Shown here piece after piece: positions 35,801 through 48,359 of a stretch of 64,000 bases of DNA. Source of the DNA: Octopus vulgaris (taxonomy: Eukaryota); NCBI GenBank assembly GCA_951406725.2, contig OX597833.1, positions 47,058,001 to 47,122,000 of the forward strand, written 5' to 3'. The position numbers were made by a program, and so were the translations under genes. Below the pieces are notes generated by a model. That model was not told the origin of the DNA. It made no database searches and worked only from the letters and a program-made list of their open reading frames with translations. How positions within the stretch are numbered: position 1 is the first letter of the stretch; each line of letters opens with the position of its first letter.

Positions 35801-38800
35801 GGTAGGATTTAAAAAGTGGAAGGATAAAATATCAGAATTTATTTATTTATTATATTGCTCTCTTGACCTGGGAGAAATTGCCATTAGATCAAACCAGATG
35901 TCTTAAATAAGGAAGGATATATTTGATAATTAGTCGCAGATACCCCTAAAAAAACTGTAAATAAAAAGATGGCCATGGCTGAAGCTTCCTCTGTGTGATG
36001 TCACAATACATAGAATGTTGCATCATTAAGTGTCCCTATCATGGAAACAGTGTCCTTCGTTTCCAATCCTCCATGAAAACATGTCTGGTCATGGGAAATA
36101 TTATCTTAGTTAGAAATGGGTGGGGGTCAGCATCAGGAAAGCTATACAACTGTAGAAAATCTGCCTCAGCAAATTTTGTCTATCTCACGTGAGCATGGAA
36201 AAGTGGACATTAAAATGATGATACTAACAAGTTTGCCATAGATCAATCTTCCACAATATTTCATCATCATCATTGTTTAACGTCCGTTTTCCATGCTAGC
36301 ATGGGTTGGATGGTTTGACTGGGGTCTCGGAAGCCAGGAGACTGCACCAAGTCTGATCTGGCAGTGTTTCTATAGCTGGATGCCCTTCCTAACGCCAACC
36401 ACTCCGTGAGTGTAGTGGGTGCTTTTTACATGCCACCGGCACGGAAGCCAGTCATGGTGGCGCTGGCATCGACCACGTTCAGATGGTGCTTTTTACATGC
36501 CACCGGCATGGGTATCACAACTACAATTTCCATTTGATTTTTATTTTGATGTTGATATACTTGACTCAATAGGTCTCCTCAAGCACAGCAAGTCACCCTA
36601 CGATCCAAGGTAAGCACAGCAGGCCGTCCTGCGATCCAAGATACTTTGGATGGGCCATGGCTGCTATGTGAAGCTGGTGCAGGAAACAGCCATGAACTCA
36701 CGTTATTTGTTGGGTCTTTGCAGTCACAGCATATCTCCAGAGGTCTCGGTTTTTCATCATTGCCTCTGTGAGGCCCAACGTTCGAAGGTCATGCTTGGCC
36801 ACCACAACATGACCTTTGTTGTGTATAATCTCTTCTGTGTCATTCAGTGTTTTCAAGTCTGTCCAGTCCATTTAGCAGATCCTAGTTCACTCATCTGTTT
36901 TGTTTCGAGCTAAATTTTTATTGCATGAAATTGTGGTTGGATTTATATTTTTGTTTCTTTTCTTTAAAGACTGTTAAATTTGTCTACACCAGATAAAATC
37001 TTTAATTCCAAACATTAATATATTTGTCTCTCATTTTAATTTTTTTTTTCTTAGATTGAAATTGATATTGAACCAACAGATAAGGTAAGAAAAAGAAATT
37101 TGTGTTCCCTTTTAAATATATCAAGTGTGGTTGTGTGGTAAGAAGCTTGGTTCCCAACCACATGGTTTCGGATTCAGTCCCACTGCATGACACCTCAGAC
37201 TGCCCAAAGCCATGTGAGGGGATTTGGTAGACAGAAACTGAATGAAGACGTGTGTATGTGAAGTACTGGGGTTGACATGGCTACAGTCTAATAACTGAAA
37301 CAAGTAAAAAGACAAGATACATTAGTTCCATTATACATAAATTCCATATATTTTTTTTTTTTGAAGTTTGCATTTTTCTTGAGGACTTGCAAAATCATCA
37401 TTAAATTAACTTTCATTTTCATGGTTGGATAAATCTATATTGCAAGAGGTTTTTAGAAACTTACATGTGGATGTAATTCTTTCTATAAGACATGGCTTAT
37501 AAAATTCAAGCGAGGTCATTGCCAGTACCGCCTGACTGGCCCCAAAAATTTGAGCGAGGTCGTTGCCAGTACCGCCTGACTGGCCCATGTGTAAAAATTT
37601 GAGCGAGGTTGTTGCCAGTACCGCCTGACGACACCCGTGCCAGTGGCACGTAAAAGCACCCACTACTCTCTCGGAGTGGTTGGCATTAGGAAGGGCATCC
37701 AGCTGTAGAAACTCTTCCAGATCAAGACTGGAGCTTGGTGCAGCCATTTGGTTTGCCAGCCCACAATCAAACCGTCCAACCCATGCTAGCATGGAAAGCG
37801 GACGTTAAACGACGATGATGATGATGGCTTTAATATGAAGAGCTTCATTGGATTATTTCTAGCTGAGAGTAAAGATTAGTGGATAGCTTTAGAGGGAACC
37901 AACTAATACAGGGCACATCTTTTCTCTGTCTCTCTATCACACATCTCTATTATATAGCTGAACTGGAGAACCTTTTATTCTAATTTAAGGTTACACTTGC
38001 CATATAATTCATTCTCTCAAAAACAAGTTTTAAAATTTCGTCATCAGCAACGGTTTTGTCTTGAATCTAAGAATTTAGTTTCTCCTCTGCTGCCCACTTC
38101 CTTTATGGTGATACTGTTGATAAATCTGTAGACTAGTGGTTCCCAAACTTTTTAGAGTCGCGACCCACTACTTATCACACCAGTTTATGACGACCCACTT
38201 AACTCTACTGAGTATCTCGATAGACAACAGTTAATCAAAGCTAATGCGTAATTTTATAACTTTTTGCGACCCACTAAGATTCCATTCACGACCCATCTGT
38301 GGGTCGTGACTCATAGTTTGGGAACCACTGCTGTAGACCAATTCTTGTGTAGAAGACTCCGTGGCTTTGACTACATGGCAATGTTGGTGGAGGGCAAAGT
38401 TGATTTGGTCAAGCCTTTCTCTCATGTCATTTGATCTCTTCCTTTCTTCTTGTGGCTTTGAAGTTTTTGGTTCTGATGGTGATGGAACGCCACCACTTGG
38501 TATGGTCTCACCTGTTGATTTGATGCATGAGTGACCAACCATCCAATCAAATGGATGACTGAGTCATTGAGTTAGTGTGTGAAATGTCTGAATATTCCTC
38601 AAATACCCATAATGTAATTTTCGAGTAGAATCCGTGTGATGTGCAACAAGGCTGGACCTTGGAATTACAGATATGTTTTATCTTCCTGAGAAAATATTAC
38701 AGCTAACATTGTTCTATTGGGTTGTCTGGAAAGTGCATGCCGATTTTTAAAGGAAAGAAAAAGGTCAATAAATACTTGCCATTACCTAAGCTTTACCAGG

Positions 38801-41800
38801 TGCTCATGAACGACGGATTTTGATAGGTTGAGGCTTTCTGCCAATTCTCGGGTTGTGCAATGTGGGTTATTCTCAATTAATGACTTGATTTGGTCATCAA
38901 CTGTAGTTGATGGTCTGCCTGATCGCTCTTTATCACTAAGGCTACAATCTCCAGCTCGGAACCTTGCGAACCACTTCCATACAGTTCTTTTGGATAAAGA
39001 AACATCACCGTAAACTGCGCATATTTCTTTGGTTGCTTGTGAGGCATTTTTCCCTTTATGGAAATAGAAAAGCATCAAGTGCCGAAAATGAACTTTCTTA
39101 TCTTCCATTTTAAAGGGTTGCAGAATTAACACAGGTTATAGGAACATAAACCTTCCATGAAAAGATAGCTTAAACTGTGCTCTAAATGGAGGTGTAGTCA
39201 AATCCTATTTTATGGACTTAACCATGTTCTAAAATAAGTCGAAAGGTAAGCTACTATAAATCGGCACAAACTTTCCGGACAACCCAATACATCATCATCG
39301 TCATACATCTGTTTTCCATGCTGGCATGGGTTGGATGGTTTGACAGGAGCCTGTTCAGGCTCCAGTTGTCTGTTTTGGCATTCTTCCTATTGCTAGATGC
39401 CCTTCCTAATGCCAACCACTTCACAATGTGTTGAATGCTTTTTTCATGCTACTGGCACAGGTGCATTTTATGTGGCACATTTTTATCTTTTACTTGTTAG
39501 TCATTGGACTGTGGCCATACTGGGGCACCACTTTGAAGGGTCTAGTCAGACAAACTGACTTCAGTATTTATTTGTTTTTTAATCCTTCAGTATTTAAACT
39601 GGTCATATTAGGCCCAAATATTTTACTTGTTTTATGTTCAAACTGGCCGGACTTGGCCTCTTGTACCTACCTTGCAATGTCAGTCTAAAAATAAACAATC
39701 AAATCCCCAAAATCTTAAAGCTATGAGATTACGCATGATTATACAGTGTGAATAAATAAGCAGAACACCTGACTAAAAGAATAATCTGAATGCTAAAGGG
39801 TTAAAGTGTGCTACTTGTTCTATCAGTCTCTTTTGCTGAACCACTGGGTTACGGTGACATAAACAAACCAACACCTGTTATCAAGCAGTTATGGGTCACA
39901 AATGCAAAAGACATATGCACACAAACACCTCAAAAGTAAATAGACACCATTATTTTTGAAAGGCTTATTTCCAGGGCATGTAAAAAGCACCCACTACACT
40001 CTCAGAGTGGTTGGCGTTAGGAAGGGCATCCAGCTGTAGAAACTCTGCCAAATCAAGATTGGAGCCTGGTGCTGCCATCTGGCTTGGAAGGCAGACGTTA
40101 AACGATGATGATGAAAGTAGTGTCATTTGATGTCTTTAAATACTTCGTCTGATATTTAGTAGACATACTTTATGCGGTTTCTAATGGTTTAACTTCTTTG
40201 GACATTCTACTGATGGGTAGGGTCCATACAAATAAAACAGTATAATGAAGGGTATCTGTTTATTTTTGAGAGATGTGTGTGTATATATAATGATCGTTAA
40301 ATGATGATATATGTATTGTAGGCTTCTACATGGCTTGTCTACCAAATTCACTCACAAAACATTGCTCAGCTCAGAACTATTGTGGAAGACACTTACTCAA
40401 GGTGTCATGCTGTAGGACTGAACTCAAAACCACGTGGTTGCAAATTAAGCTCATTAACCACACAACCATGCCTGCACTATACATTGTAATTGTTATACAC
40501 ATTGTTTTATGAATATAGATTTTTGTTGTCATTTGTAAATCCTGAATAAATTTTTCTTTACGTTAATATGTCATGTCAGTTTCATAAATTTATTATCAAA
40601 AGTAGTTTCTCTATTAACATGCGAAGATCCGACAAATAACGTGAGTTCATAGCTGTTTCCTGCACCAGCATCACAAAGAAGCCCCAGCCCATCCAAAGTG
40701 TCTTGGATCACAGGATGGCCTGCTGTGCTTACCTTAGGTCATAGGGCGACCTGCTGCGCTTGAGGAGACCTAGTGAGTCAAGTTCATCAACATCAAAAAT
40801 CAAATGGAAATTGTAGTTGTGATACCTGTGCCGGTGGCATGTAAAAAGCACCAACTGATCGTGGCCATTGCCAACCCCCCCCTTGGCACCTGTGCTGGTG
40901 GCACATAAAAAGCACCCACTACACTCACGGAGTGGTTGGCGTTAGGAAGGGTATCCAGCTGTAGAAACACTGCCAGATCAGGCTGGAGCCTGGTGCAGCC
41001 TCCTGGCTTCCCAGACCCCGATCGAACCGTCCAACCCATGCTAGCATCGAAAACGGACGTTAAATGATGATGTGTTGTGCAAGCATCTTTTACATGTGCA
41101 TTCATGCATTTCTAATAAGTTTACTGAACGCACTGTAAGGAATACTTTATGCTGGATGCAGAATGCAGGAATATTGGTGCAAGAGACTGTTGACTGAGTC
41201 AGATTTAACTGTCTGATTACCCCCACCCACCCAAGTTGTTTAGTTCCAGTTTTTTTATGGCATTCGCACAAGTAAGAGATTAATCTAAATAGTTTGTCAG
41301 TTTCTCTGATAACATTCCTTTATGATCTAGTACCTATTCTTAGCATGTAGGTGATCTGAGATGTGTAAAATTTAAGTTTAACTCTAACATTTAATCCTTT
41401 GGTATTTAATCCGGCACAAATATTCTACCTTATTACAGTGATGTACTTGCATAGCAAGTGACCTGATCTGAGATCGTGTGCTGGAACGAAAACAATTGCA
41501 GCGTGGAAGGTGTTTATAAGCAATTTAAACACACAAAATCCATTGGAGTCACTTCAACATTTAAATTTAACTTGTCGAAATATTTTCGCCGCTTTGAGAC
41601 CATGACCTGTTCACTGACGAAATTCCGTGCTGCAGCATGGAATTTTGTCAGTGAACAGGTCACGGTCTCAAAGCGGCGAAAATATTTTAGCGAATTAAAT
41701 TTAAATGTTGAAGTGAATCTAACGGATTTTGTATGTTTCTTAAATGGCTTATAAATTTTCTACCTTTTTTTTAATGTTAAAACTGACCACTATAATGTCA

Positions 41801-44058
41801 CTCTAAAAATCTACAAAACACACCATTGAAATTTTGAAGCTACAAACTAATGTGATTAATTCAAAGCAGTGTGAATATGCATCACATTTGACAAATCTGA
41901 ATGCTAAACTTTTAAACCATCCATGCCTAGTACAAAAATTCTTCCTGTTTTATGTTGAAACGAACCAGATCCAGCCTCATGAATACCCTACATCCTCATT
42001 GTACAAATAAAAAAGATCATATCTTTAAGGTACAAGATACTGCCTGATTACTTCAACAGACTTCTTACAGTGAAATTAAATTTGAGAACTCTGAATTGAT
42101 AGTTTTAATAGACTGTAAACACGACAATTTCACTTCTGCAATCTGAAATGGGCTGTAATTTATCCCACAATTCACTTTCAATGTTTGCAGAACAGAACCA
42201 GAACTATCACTGGAGATGATTGCCCAGTCTGTCACACATTTTGCCTATTAGAGAATTTAAGCTCAACATTGCAATCTAACAGGTGTGATAATAGGTTCTA
42301 CCATTAGTCTAGAGACATTTACCTCTGAGGTCAACAGATGATGATATAAAACTTCTTAATATATAGGAGAGGGTGTAATTGTCCTAGGGGTAGTTGTCAT
42401 CAGGGGGAATTGTCCTAGTGGGGTGTGTGTACTGCTTAATCACATGATTTGGGGTTTGGTCCTACTGCAAGGTATCTTCGACTCTGCGTCTGTTTGTCTC
42501 AGTATCGTATGAATATTGTAAATGAATGTGATTCATTTCCAATTTTCTGCAGAAACATGCCTGGCCATGAGGAAATATTATTATCTTGTTAGTAAACAAA
42601 TAAATGTTTGGCAACAAGAAGGGCATCCAGCTGTAGAAAATTTGCTTCAATAAACTCCATCCAACCCGTGCAAGCATTTAAAAGAGGACGGTAAAATGAT
42701 GAAGATAAAGAGTAGCTATTGGTGCGCTTTTTAAGTTCCTCATGAGAAAGGCATTATTATGCTGTTTCTTTGTGGAAGATACAGTCGAGTACTGTACTGC
42801 CTTAGCACATTTTAGCAATCAGATTACTGTCAAATCATCATCATCGTTTAACGTCCACTTACCATGCTAGCATGGGTTGGACGATTTGACTGAGGACTGG
42901 CGAACCAGATGGCTGCACCAGGCTCCAATTTGATCTGGCAGAGTTTCTACAGCTGGATGCCCTTCCTAATGCCAACCACTCTGACAGTGTAGTGGGTGCT
43001 TTTACGTCCCACCGGCACGAAATTCAAATGTTTATTCATTTGTATTTCTAAAAATTGATTATCAATTTTGTGGCTTTGAGATTTTGAGGATGTAATTGTT
43101 TTTTAGATTAACATTGTAGGGTTGGTGTGAGAGGCTGGATCTAGCTAGCTTCAACATAAAACAAGTAGAATATTTGGGCCAGATATGGCCGGTTTAACCC
43201 TTTTGTTACTGTATTTATTTTGAGATGCTCTGTATTTCTTTCAATTCTTTTAAATATAACAAAGAATTTAGTAAAGTAACTTAGTTATCATTCAGCTAGT
43301 GTTAGGAACATAAATTGTGACTAAGGTTTGGTGGTATATTTTAATGCAAAACTTATGAAAACAAGATATTTGTACTACAGAGCCAGAGCCGGTTTTGGCC
43401 GGGTTGGTAACAAAAGGGTTAAATGCTTATGGGTCAAGTGTTGAGTTTCTTCCCTCTAGATTTAGAGCTCGAGTACAACTGACATGTACTTTGATTTTTA
43501 CGCCATCTTTGTAGTTGGTAAAAATAAACTCAAGTCATATACTGCAGATAACTTGGTCTCCTATACCCCTACCATTACAAACTTCTACCCTTGTGCTAAT
43601 GTAAGAAACCATTGATATATAGTATTGCAGAATGTATTTATATAAAAAAAAAAAAAGATGTTTATTTGTATAATTCTTGTATTTTTCCAGGTTGAAAGAA
43701 TAAAAGAACGAGTTGAAGAAAAAGAAGGCATTCCCCCACCCCAACAACGGCTTATTTTCAGCGGCAAACAGATGTAATATTACTTTCTTCTGAATTTATG
43801 TTAACTGTTCTGTTTTTAGGATGTGAATGCAACTATTCACAGAAAACTAGTGTTGGTGTTTCTCAGTAAATCTTAATGTGTAAAAGTGAGCAGAGGAGTG
43901 GCTGTGTGGTAAGTAGCTTGCTAACCAACCACATGGTTCCGGGTTCAGTCCCGCTGCGTGGCACCTTGGGCAAGCGTCTTCTGCTATAGCCCCGGGCCGA
44001 CCAATGCCTTGTGAGTGGATTTGGTAGACAGAAACTGAAAGAAGCCTGTCATATATAT

Positions 44059-44094
<36 letters not shown>

Positions 44095-47000
44095 ATATGT
44101 TTGTATGTCTGTGTTTGTGCCTTTAGCATTGCTTGACAACCGATGCTGGTGTGTTTACATCCCCGTCACTTAGCGGTTCAGCAAAAGAGACCGATAGAAT
44201 AAGTACTGGGCTTACAAAGAATAAGTCCCGGGGTCGATTTGCTTGACTAAAGGCGGTGCTCCAGCATGGCCGCAGTCAAATGACTGAAACAAGTAAAAGA
44301 GTGTATGTAATGCAATGTATGTATGTATGTACCATATTTTATGGCATATTAAGCAGTACCCTAATTTCAGCAGCGCATCGTCAGGAAAATAAGTTTTTAG
44401 TGTATTAACCCTTTAGCATTCAGATTATTCTGTCAAATGTAATGCTTACTTATTCATGTTCTTCTGTGTTTTTCGTGGTTGGTTTTAGAATGACATTGTG
44501 AGGGAGGTGTGAGAGGTATGATCTGGCTAGTCTGAACGCAAAGCAGACAGAAAATTTTTGGGCTGGATATGGCCAGTTTAAATGCTAAAGGGTTAAAATA
44601 TGTAACACAGTGATTCCTCTCTCTCTGAGAGGCACAAGCACCTACACACACACATATACACACACGGCAGTAACTTCCACCTACCAAATTCAATCACAAA
44701 GCTTCAGTCAGCCCGGGTCTATAGCAGAAGACACTTTCCCAAACTGCCACACAGTGGGACTGAACCCAAAATCATGTAGCTGGGAAGCAAGCTTCCTAAC
44801 CACACAGCCATGCCCAACCCATTTGAGCGTGGCCATTGCCAGTACTGCCTGACTGGCCCTCGTGCCAGTAGCACGTAAAAGCACCCACTACACTCTCGGA
44901 GTGGTTGGTGTTAGGAAGGGCATCCAGCTGTAGAAACTCTGCCAGAACAGATTGGAGTCTGGTGCAGCCATCTGGTTCGCCAGACCTCAGTCAAATCGTC
45001 GAACCCATGCTAGCATGGAAAGCAGACGTTAAATGATTATGATGATGAGTGATTCTCAACCATTTTTTACCTGTGGACCCTTTGATTACTATTTTACTCT
45101 GATGAATCCCCATAACCATTTGATGTTTAAAAAACAAGTCTTATAGACACTTCTTTCAAAATTCCTAATTTGTTTTTCACCCATTCGCTTGTGTAGGTAT
45201 ATTATGGCACTCACTAAGAGAACATGTTTCCAGTAACTGGAAACCTGTTGAAAAGTGTGAACCAAGTTGTTTTTTTTTGCAATAAACACATCTAAAGCAA
45301 AATTTTTTCATTAACCCCTAAAATAGTGCCAATGGATCCCATTTGAGAATCACTGTTCTAATATTTAAAGCACTCTTGCATATATGGGGTGAATTTATCT
45401 TTTGCAACTTTTTTGAAAAAAAAATGTGTCTCTTGTGTCATCAAACATGGTATATATGTTCCACGGTTTTGGACCAAGGTAGTTGAAATTTTGTATGGAG
45501 GTATGTCTTACTAAGGCGGAGAGCTGGCAGAATCATTAGCACGTCGGGCGAAATGCGTAGCCGTATTTCGTCTGCCGTTATGTTCTGAGTTCAAATTCCA
45601 CCGGGGTCGACTTTGCCTTTCATCCTTTTGGAGTCGATAAATTAAGTACCAGTTATGCACTGGGGTCAATGCAATCGACTTAATCCATTTGTCCTCTCTA
45701 TGTTTAGCCCCTTGTGGGTAGTAAAGAAATAGGTATGTCTTACTAAGGGGAGGCTCCTAGGCTTTATGACTTTTAGGTTATGTATGATGTGCAATATATA
45801 TATATTGCACATTTTTATGGCAATTACTTTGAACCATTCATCTGAAGATTGTCAGTATCCATTTAAAGCAATTTATATGCAACATGTAAAAGGTACCCAT
45901 TGCACTTTTCGAGTGGTTGGCTTTAGGAATGGCATCCAGCCATAGAAACCAAGTCAAATCAGATTTTGTGCAAGACAGTAATACACATATAAGTGACAAT
46001 GCAATGTGATTAGATGATGTGTATGTTTGGTGAAAGAAGTACTGGGAATTGGTGATTTAGGAGTACCTGGACATTACTACCTTGTACCCTAGGACTTGTA
46101 GGTCCTGTTACCCAGTGTGTATGGTGTATAAGTGATTGACATCACCACATTTCCCCTGATTAGTCCATTGCAGGGTTACTCATAGTTAAGTGGACTGGAG
46201 CAATGTGAAATGTAGTGTTTTAATTAAGAACACAGTATACCGCTCAGTCATAATCATCATCATTTTAATGTCTGCTCTCCATGCTAGTATGGGTTAAACA
46301 GTTTGATGTGGAGCTGTTAAACGGTTTGAAGGCGGCGAGCTGGCAGAATCGTTAGCACGTCGGGCGAAATGCTCAGCAGTATTTCGTCTGTCGCTACGTT
46401 CTGAGTTCAAATTCCGCCGAGGTCGACTTTGCCTTTCATCCTTTCGGGGTCGATTAAATAAGTACCAGTTACGCACCGGGGTCGATATGATTGACTTAAT
46501 CCATTTGTCTGTCCTTGTTTGTCCCTTCTGTGTTTAGCCCCTTGTGGGTAGTAAAGAAATAGGTTTGATGTGGAGCTGGCTAGCAGGCAGCTGTCTGCTG
46601 TGACATGGTTTCTACAGCTGGATGCCCTTCCTAACGCCAACCACTTAACAGTGTGTGCTGGGTGTTTATTGCGTGTCACTTATGTAGCACCCGGGTGCTT
46701 TTAAGGTAGTACCAACACCTGAAAGGACAAGCCTGTATGTGTGGAAGACAGTGGTTCTACTTGGGAATCAAAACCATAATCTTGCAGTTGTGAGTGCAAC
46801 ACCCTAACCACTAAGCCATGTGCCTTCACTTCGTGGTATGTACAGAACTTAAAATATAATTATTCATTTTGTTGGTTCTAGGAATATTTGGTCTCGTTGA
46901 GATCACAGGACCAAAATACTCTATTGTAGCCAGGTGGAGGCTATACAGTGGATCAACAACAATTAAATCTCCCGCAAATCATGCCTTACTCTCTTAAAAA

Positions 47001-47698
47001 GAAAAGACACATTGAATAAGATAGTTGTAGATACTGGCCGCCCCGACGGGCCTCTGTGCCGGTGGCACGTAAAAAGCACCATCTGATCGTGGCCGTTGAC
47101 AGCCTTGCCTGGCCCCCGTGCCGGTGGCACGTAAAAAGCACCATCCAATCGTGGCTGTTGCCAGCCTCGCCTGGCCCCCATGCCGGTGGCATGTAAAAAG
47201 CATCATCTGGCCGTTTGCCAGCCCCATCTGGCACCTGTGCCGGTGGCGCGTAAAAAGCACCCACTACACTCACGGAGTGGTTGGCGTTAGGAAGGGCATC
47301 CAGCCGTAGAAACATTACCAGATCAGACTGGGCCTGGTGCAGCCTTCTGGCTTCCTAGACCCCAGTTGAACCGTCCAACCCATGCTAGCATGGAAAGTGG
47401 ATGCTAAATGATGATGATGATGATGGTAGAATGATTGTGGTTAAAACATTTTTCAAAAAAGATTTACTTTTATCGGGGCTCATCAGGAGATTAAAAAGAG
47501 CAATACCAGATATAAAAGCATGATGGATGAATGAAAGATTAGATTAATAAATTGTGCTTACTTAATCTGATTCTTTATTTTCTTTTATTTTTTAATTACA
47601 GGAATGATGAAAAAACTGCATTTGATTACAAGGTGACTGGTGGATCAGTTCTCCATTTGGTATTGGCATTAAGAGGTGGTTGCCATACATTAATTTGA
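32853..47698 (+). CDS. NEDD8: NEDD8 ubiquitin-like protein, complete 5-exon CDS join(32853..32870,33051..33068,37055..37084,43691..43773,47602..47698), 81 aa
   Basis: Spliced translation is [81 protein letters not shown]. All introns are GT-AG with compatible phases. Ala72 (Arg in ubiquitin) and LALRGG are NEDD8 hallmarks. Confidence 0.97.
33051..33068 (+). CDS. NEDD8: NEDD8 exon 2, 18-nt micro-exon (TLTGKE)
   Basis: tttatttcag|ACC CTC ACT GGC AAA GAG|gtaaat. Confidence 0.93.
36262..36803 (-). mobile_element. RTE LINE 3' end in NEDD8 intron 2
   Basis: Same ORF end ([13 protein letters not shown]...), UTR and (GAT)n tail. Confidence 0.8.
37055..37084 (+). CDS. NEDD8: NEDD8 exon 3, 30 nt ([10 protein letters not shown])
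   Basis: long poly-T tract ..ttcttag|ATT GAA ATT GAT ATT GAA CCA ACA GAT AAG|gtaaga. Confidence 0.95.
38134..38330. mobile_element. hAT-family MITE with 8-bp TSD
   Basis: TIR (C/T)AGTGGTTCCCAAAC; TSD CTGTAGAC at 38126 and 38331. Confidence 0.92.
38717..39287 (-). mobile_element. Internally deleted mariner with both TIRs and TA TSD, in NEDD8 intron 3
   Basis: TIRs TTGGGTTGTCYGGAAAGT..GCCGATTT flanked by TA. ORF 38782-39132 encodes the mariner HTH domains ([32 protein letters not shown]). Confidence 0.92.
41513..41755. repeat. ~240-bp spacerless palindrome in NEDD8 intron 3
   Basis: Centred on GCTGCAGC (41629-41636). Confidence 0.88.
43198..43418. mobile_element. piggyBac-like MITE nested in another piggyBac-like MITE
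   Basis: TTAA TSD at 43194 and 43419 inside the host terminal region. Confidence 0.85.
43691..43773 (+). CDS. NEDD8: NEDD8 exon 4, 83 nt ([27 protein letters not shown] + AT)
   Basis: atttttccag|GTT GAA AGA ... AAA CAG AT|gtaata. Confidence 0.97.
43889..44302 (+). mobile_element. SINE family A in NEDD8 intron 4
   Basis: Full-length family match. Confidence 0.9.
44409..44592. mobile_element. piggyBac-like MITE, CCCTTTAGCATT family (also at about 12449-13288, 39583-39800, 41395-41910)
   Basis: TTAA|CCCTTTAGCATT...AATGCTAAAGGG|TTAA. Confidence 0.88.
46330..46563 (+). mobile_element. SINE family B (further copies at about 13355-13535, 45514-45735, 48057-48282, 49818-50040, 62233-62453)
   Basis: Family match, B box GAGTTCAAATTCC. 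Confidence 0.85.
47030..47425 (+). mobile_element. RTE 3' UTR fragment with ~60-bp internal tandem repeats (others at about 500-780, 2490-2960, 8305-8590, 27030-27200, 29152-29515, 37500-37826, 40640-41070, 44820-45047)
   Basis: GCCGGTGGCACGTAAAAAGCACC units followed by the conserved UTR and (GAT)n tail. Confidence 0.82.
47602..47698 (+). CDS. NEDD8: NEDD8 terminal coding exon (G + [31 protein letters not shown])
   Basis: tttaattacag|G AAT GAT GAA ... AGA GGT GGT TGC CAT ACA TTA ATT TGA. Confidence 0.97.
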
Positions 47699-47885
47699 TT
47701 AACAAAATGCATTCTTATTAATGGACTGATAATATTTGAAATTATGGACAATTCCTGTCCATGGTTTCATCATGTTTTCTTTTTCTCCCTCCCAATGTCT
47801 TTTTTTTTTTTTTGTATAAAACTTGAAAAAAAAAAACAAATCAGAAAAATCTAAGGTATTTTGCTTTATGACTTCTTAGTTAACA

Positions 47886-47891
47886 AATAAA
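47886..47891 (+). terminator. Probable NEDD8 polyadenylation signal (AATAAA)
   Basis: First AATAAA about 190 nt after the stop, followed by a T/GT-rich tract. Confidence 0.55.
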
Positions 47892-48359
47892 AGTAAATTA
47901 ATGAATATTTTGATTTGGTTTCATTATTCACCATCTAAAATATTCATTTTGTATTTTGCATTGACTACATTTATTTAACATGAATTCCTTCGATTCCTTT
48001 TGGAGCATAGAACATCAGCAAGACATATCCATCTGTGTTGATGTTTGGCAAGAAGAAAGCTGGCAGAATCGTTAGTACGCCGGGCAAAATGCGTAGCCGT
48101 ATTACGTCTGCCGCTACGTTCTGAGTTCAAATTCCGCTGAGGTCGACTTTGCCTTTCATCCTTTCAGAGTTGATTAAATAAGTACTAGTTATGCACTGGG
48201 TTCGATGTAATCGACTTAATCCCTTTGTCTGTCCTTGTTTGTCCCCTCTATGTTTAGCTCCTTGTGGGCAATAAGGAAATAAAATAAGAAAGCTGAACCC
48301 AAGCAGTGCAGAGACACACAGAGTAAATTGAAGTCAACCAGGCTGTGACATGGAGTGTA

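Noticed and set aside
32853-47698. Alternative call as ubiquitin or a ubiquitin fusion
   Set aside because: MLIKVK start, Ala72, a single unit and a short C-terminal extension identify NEDD8
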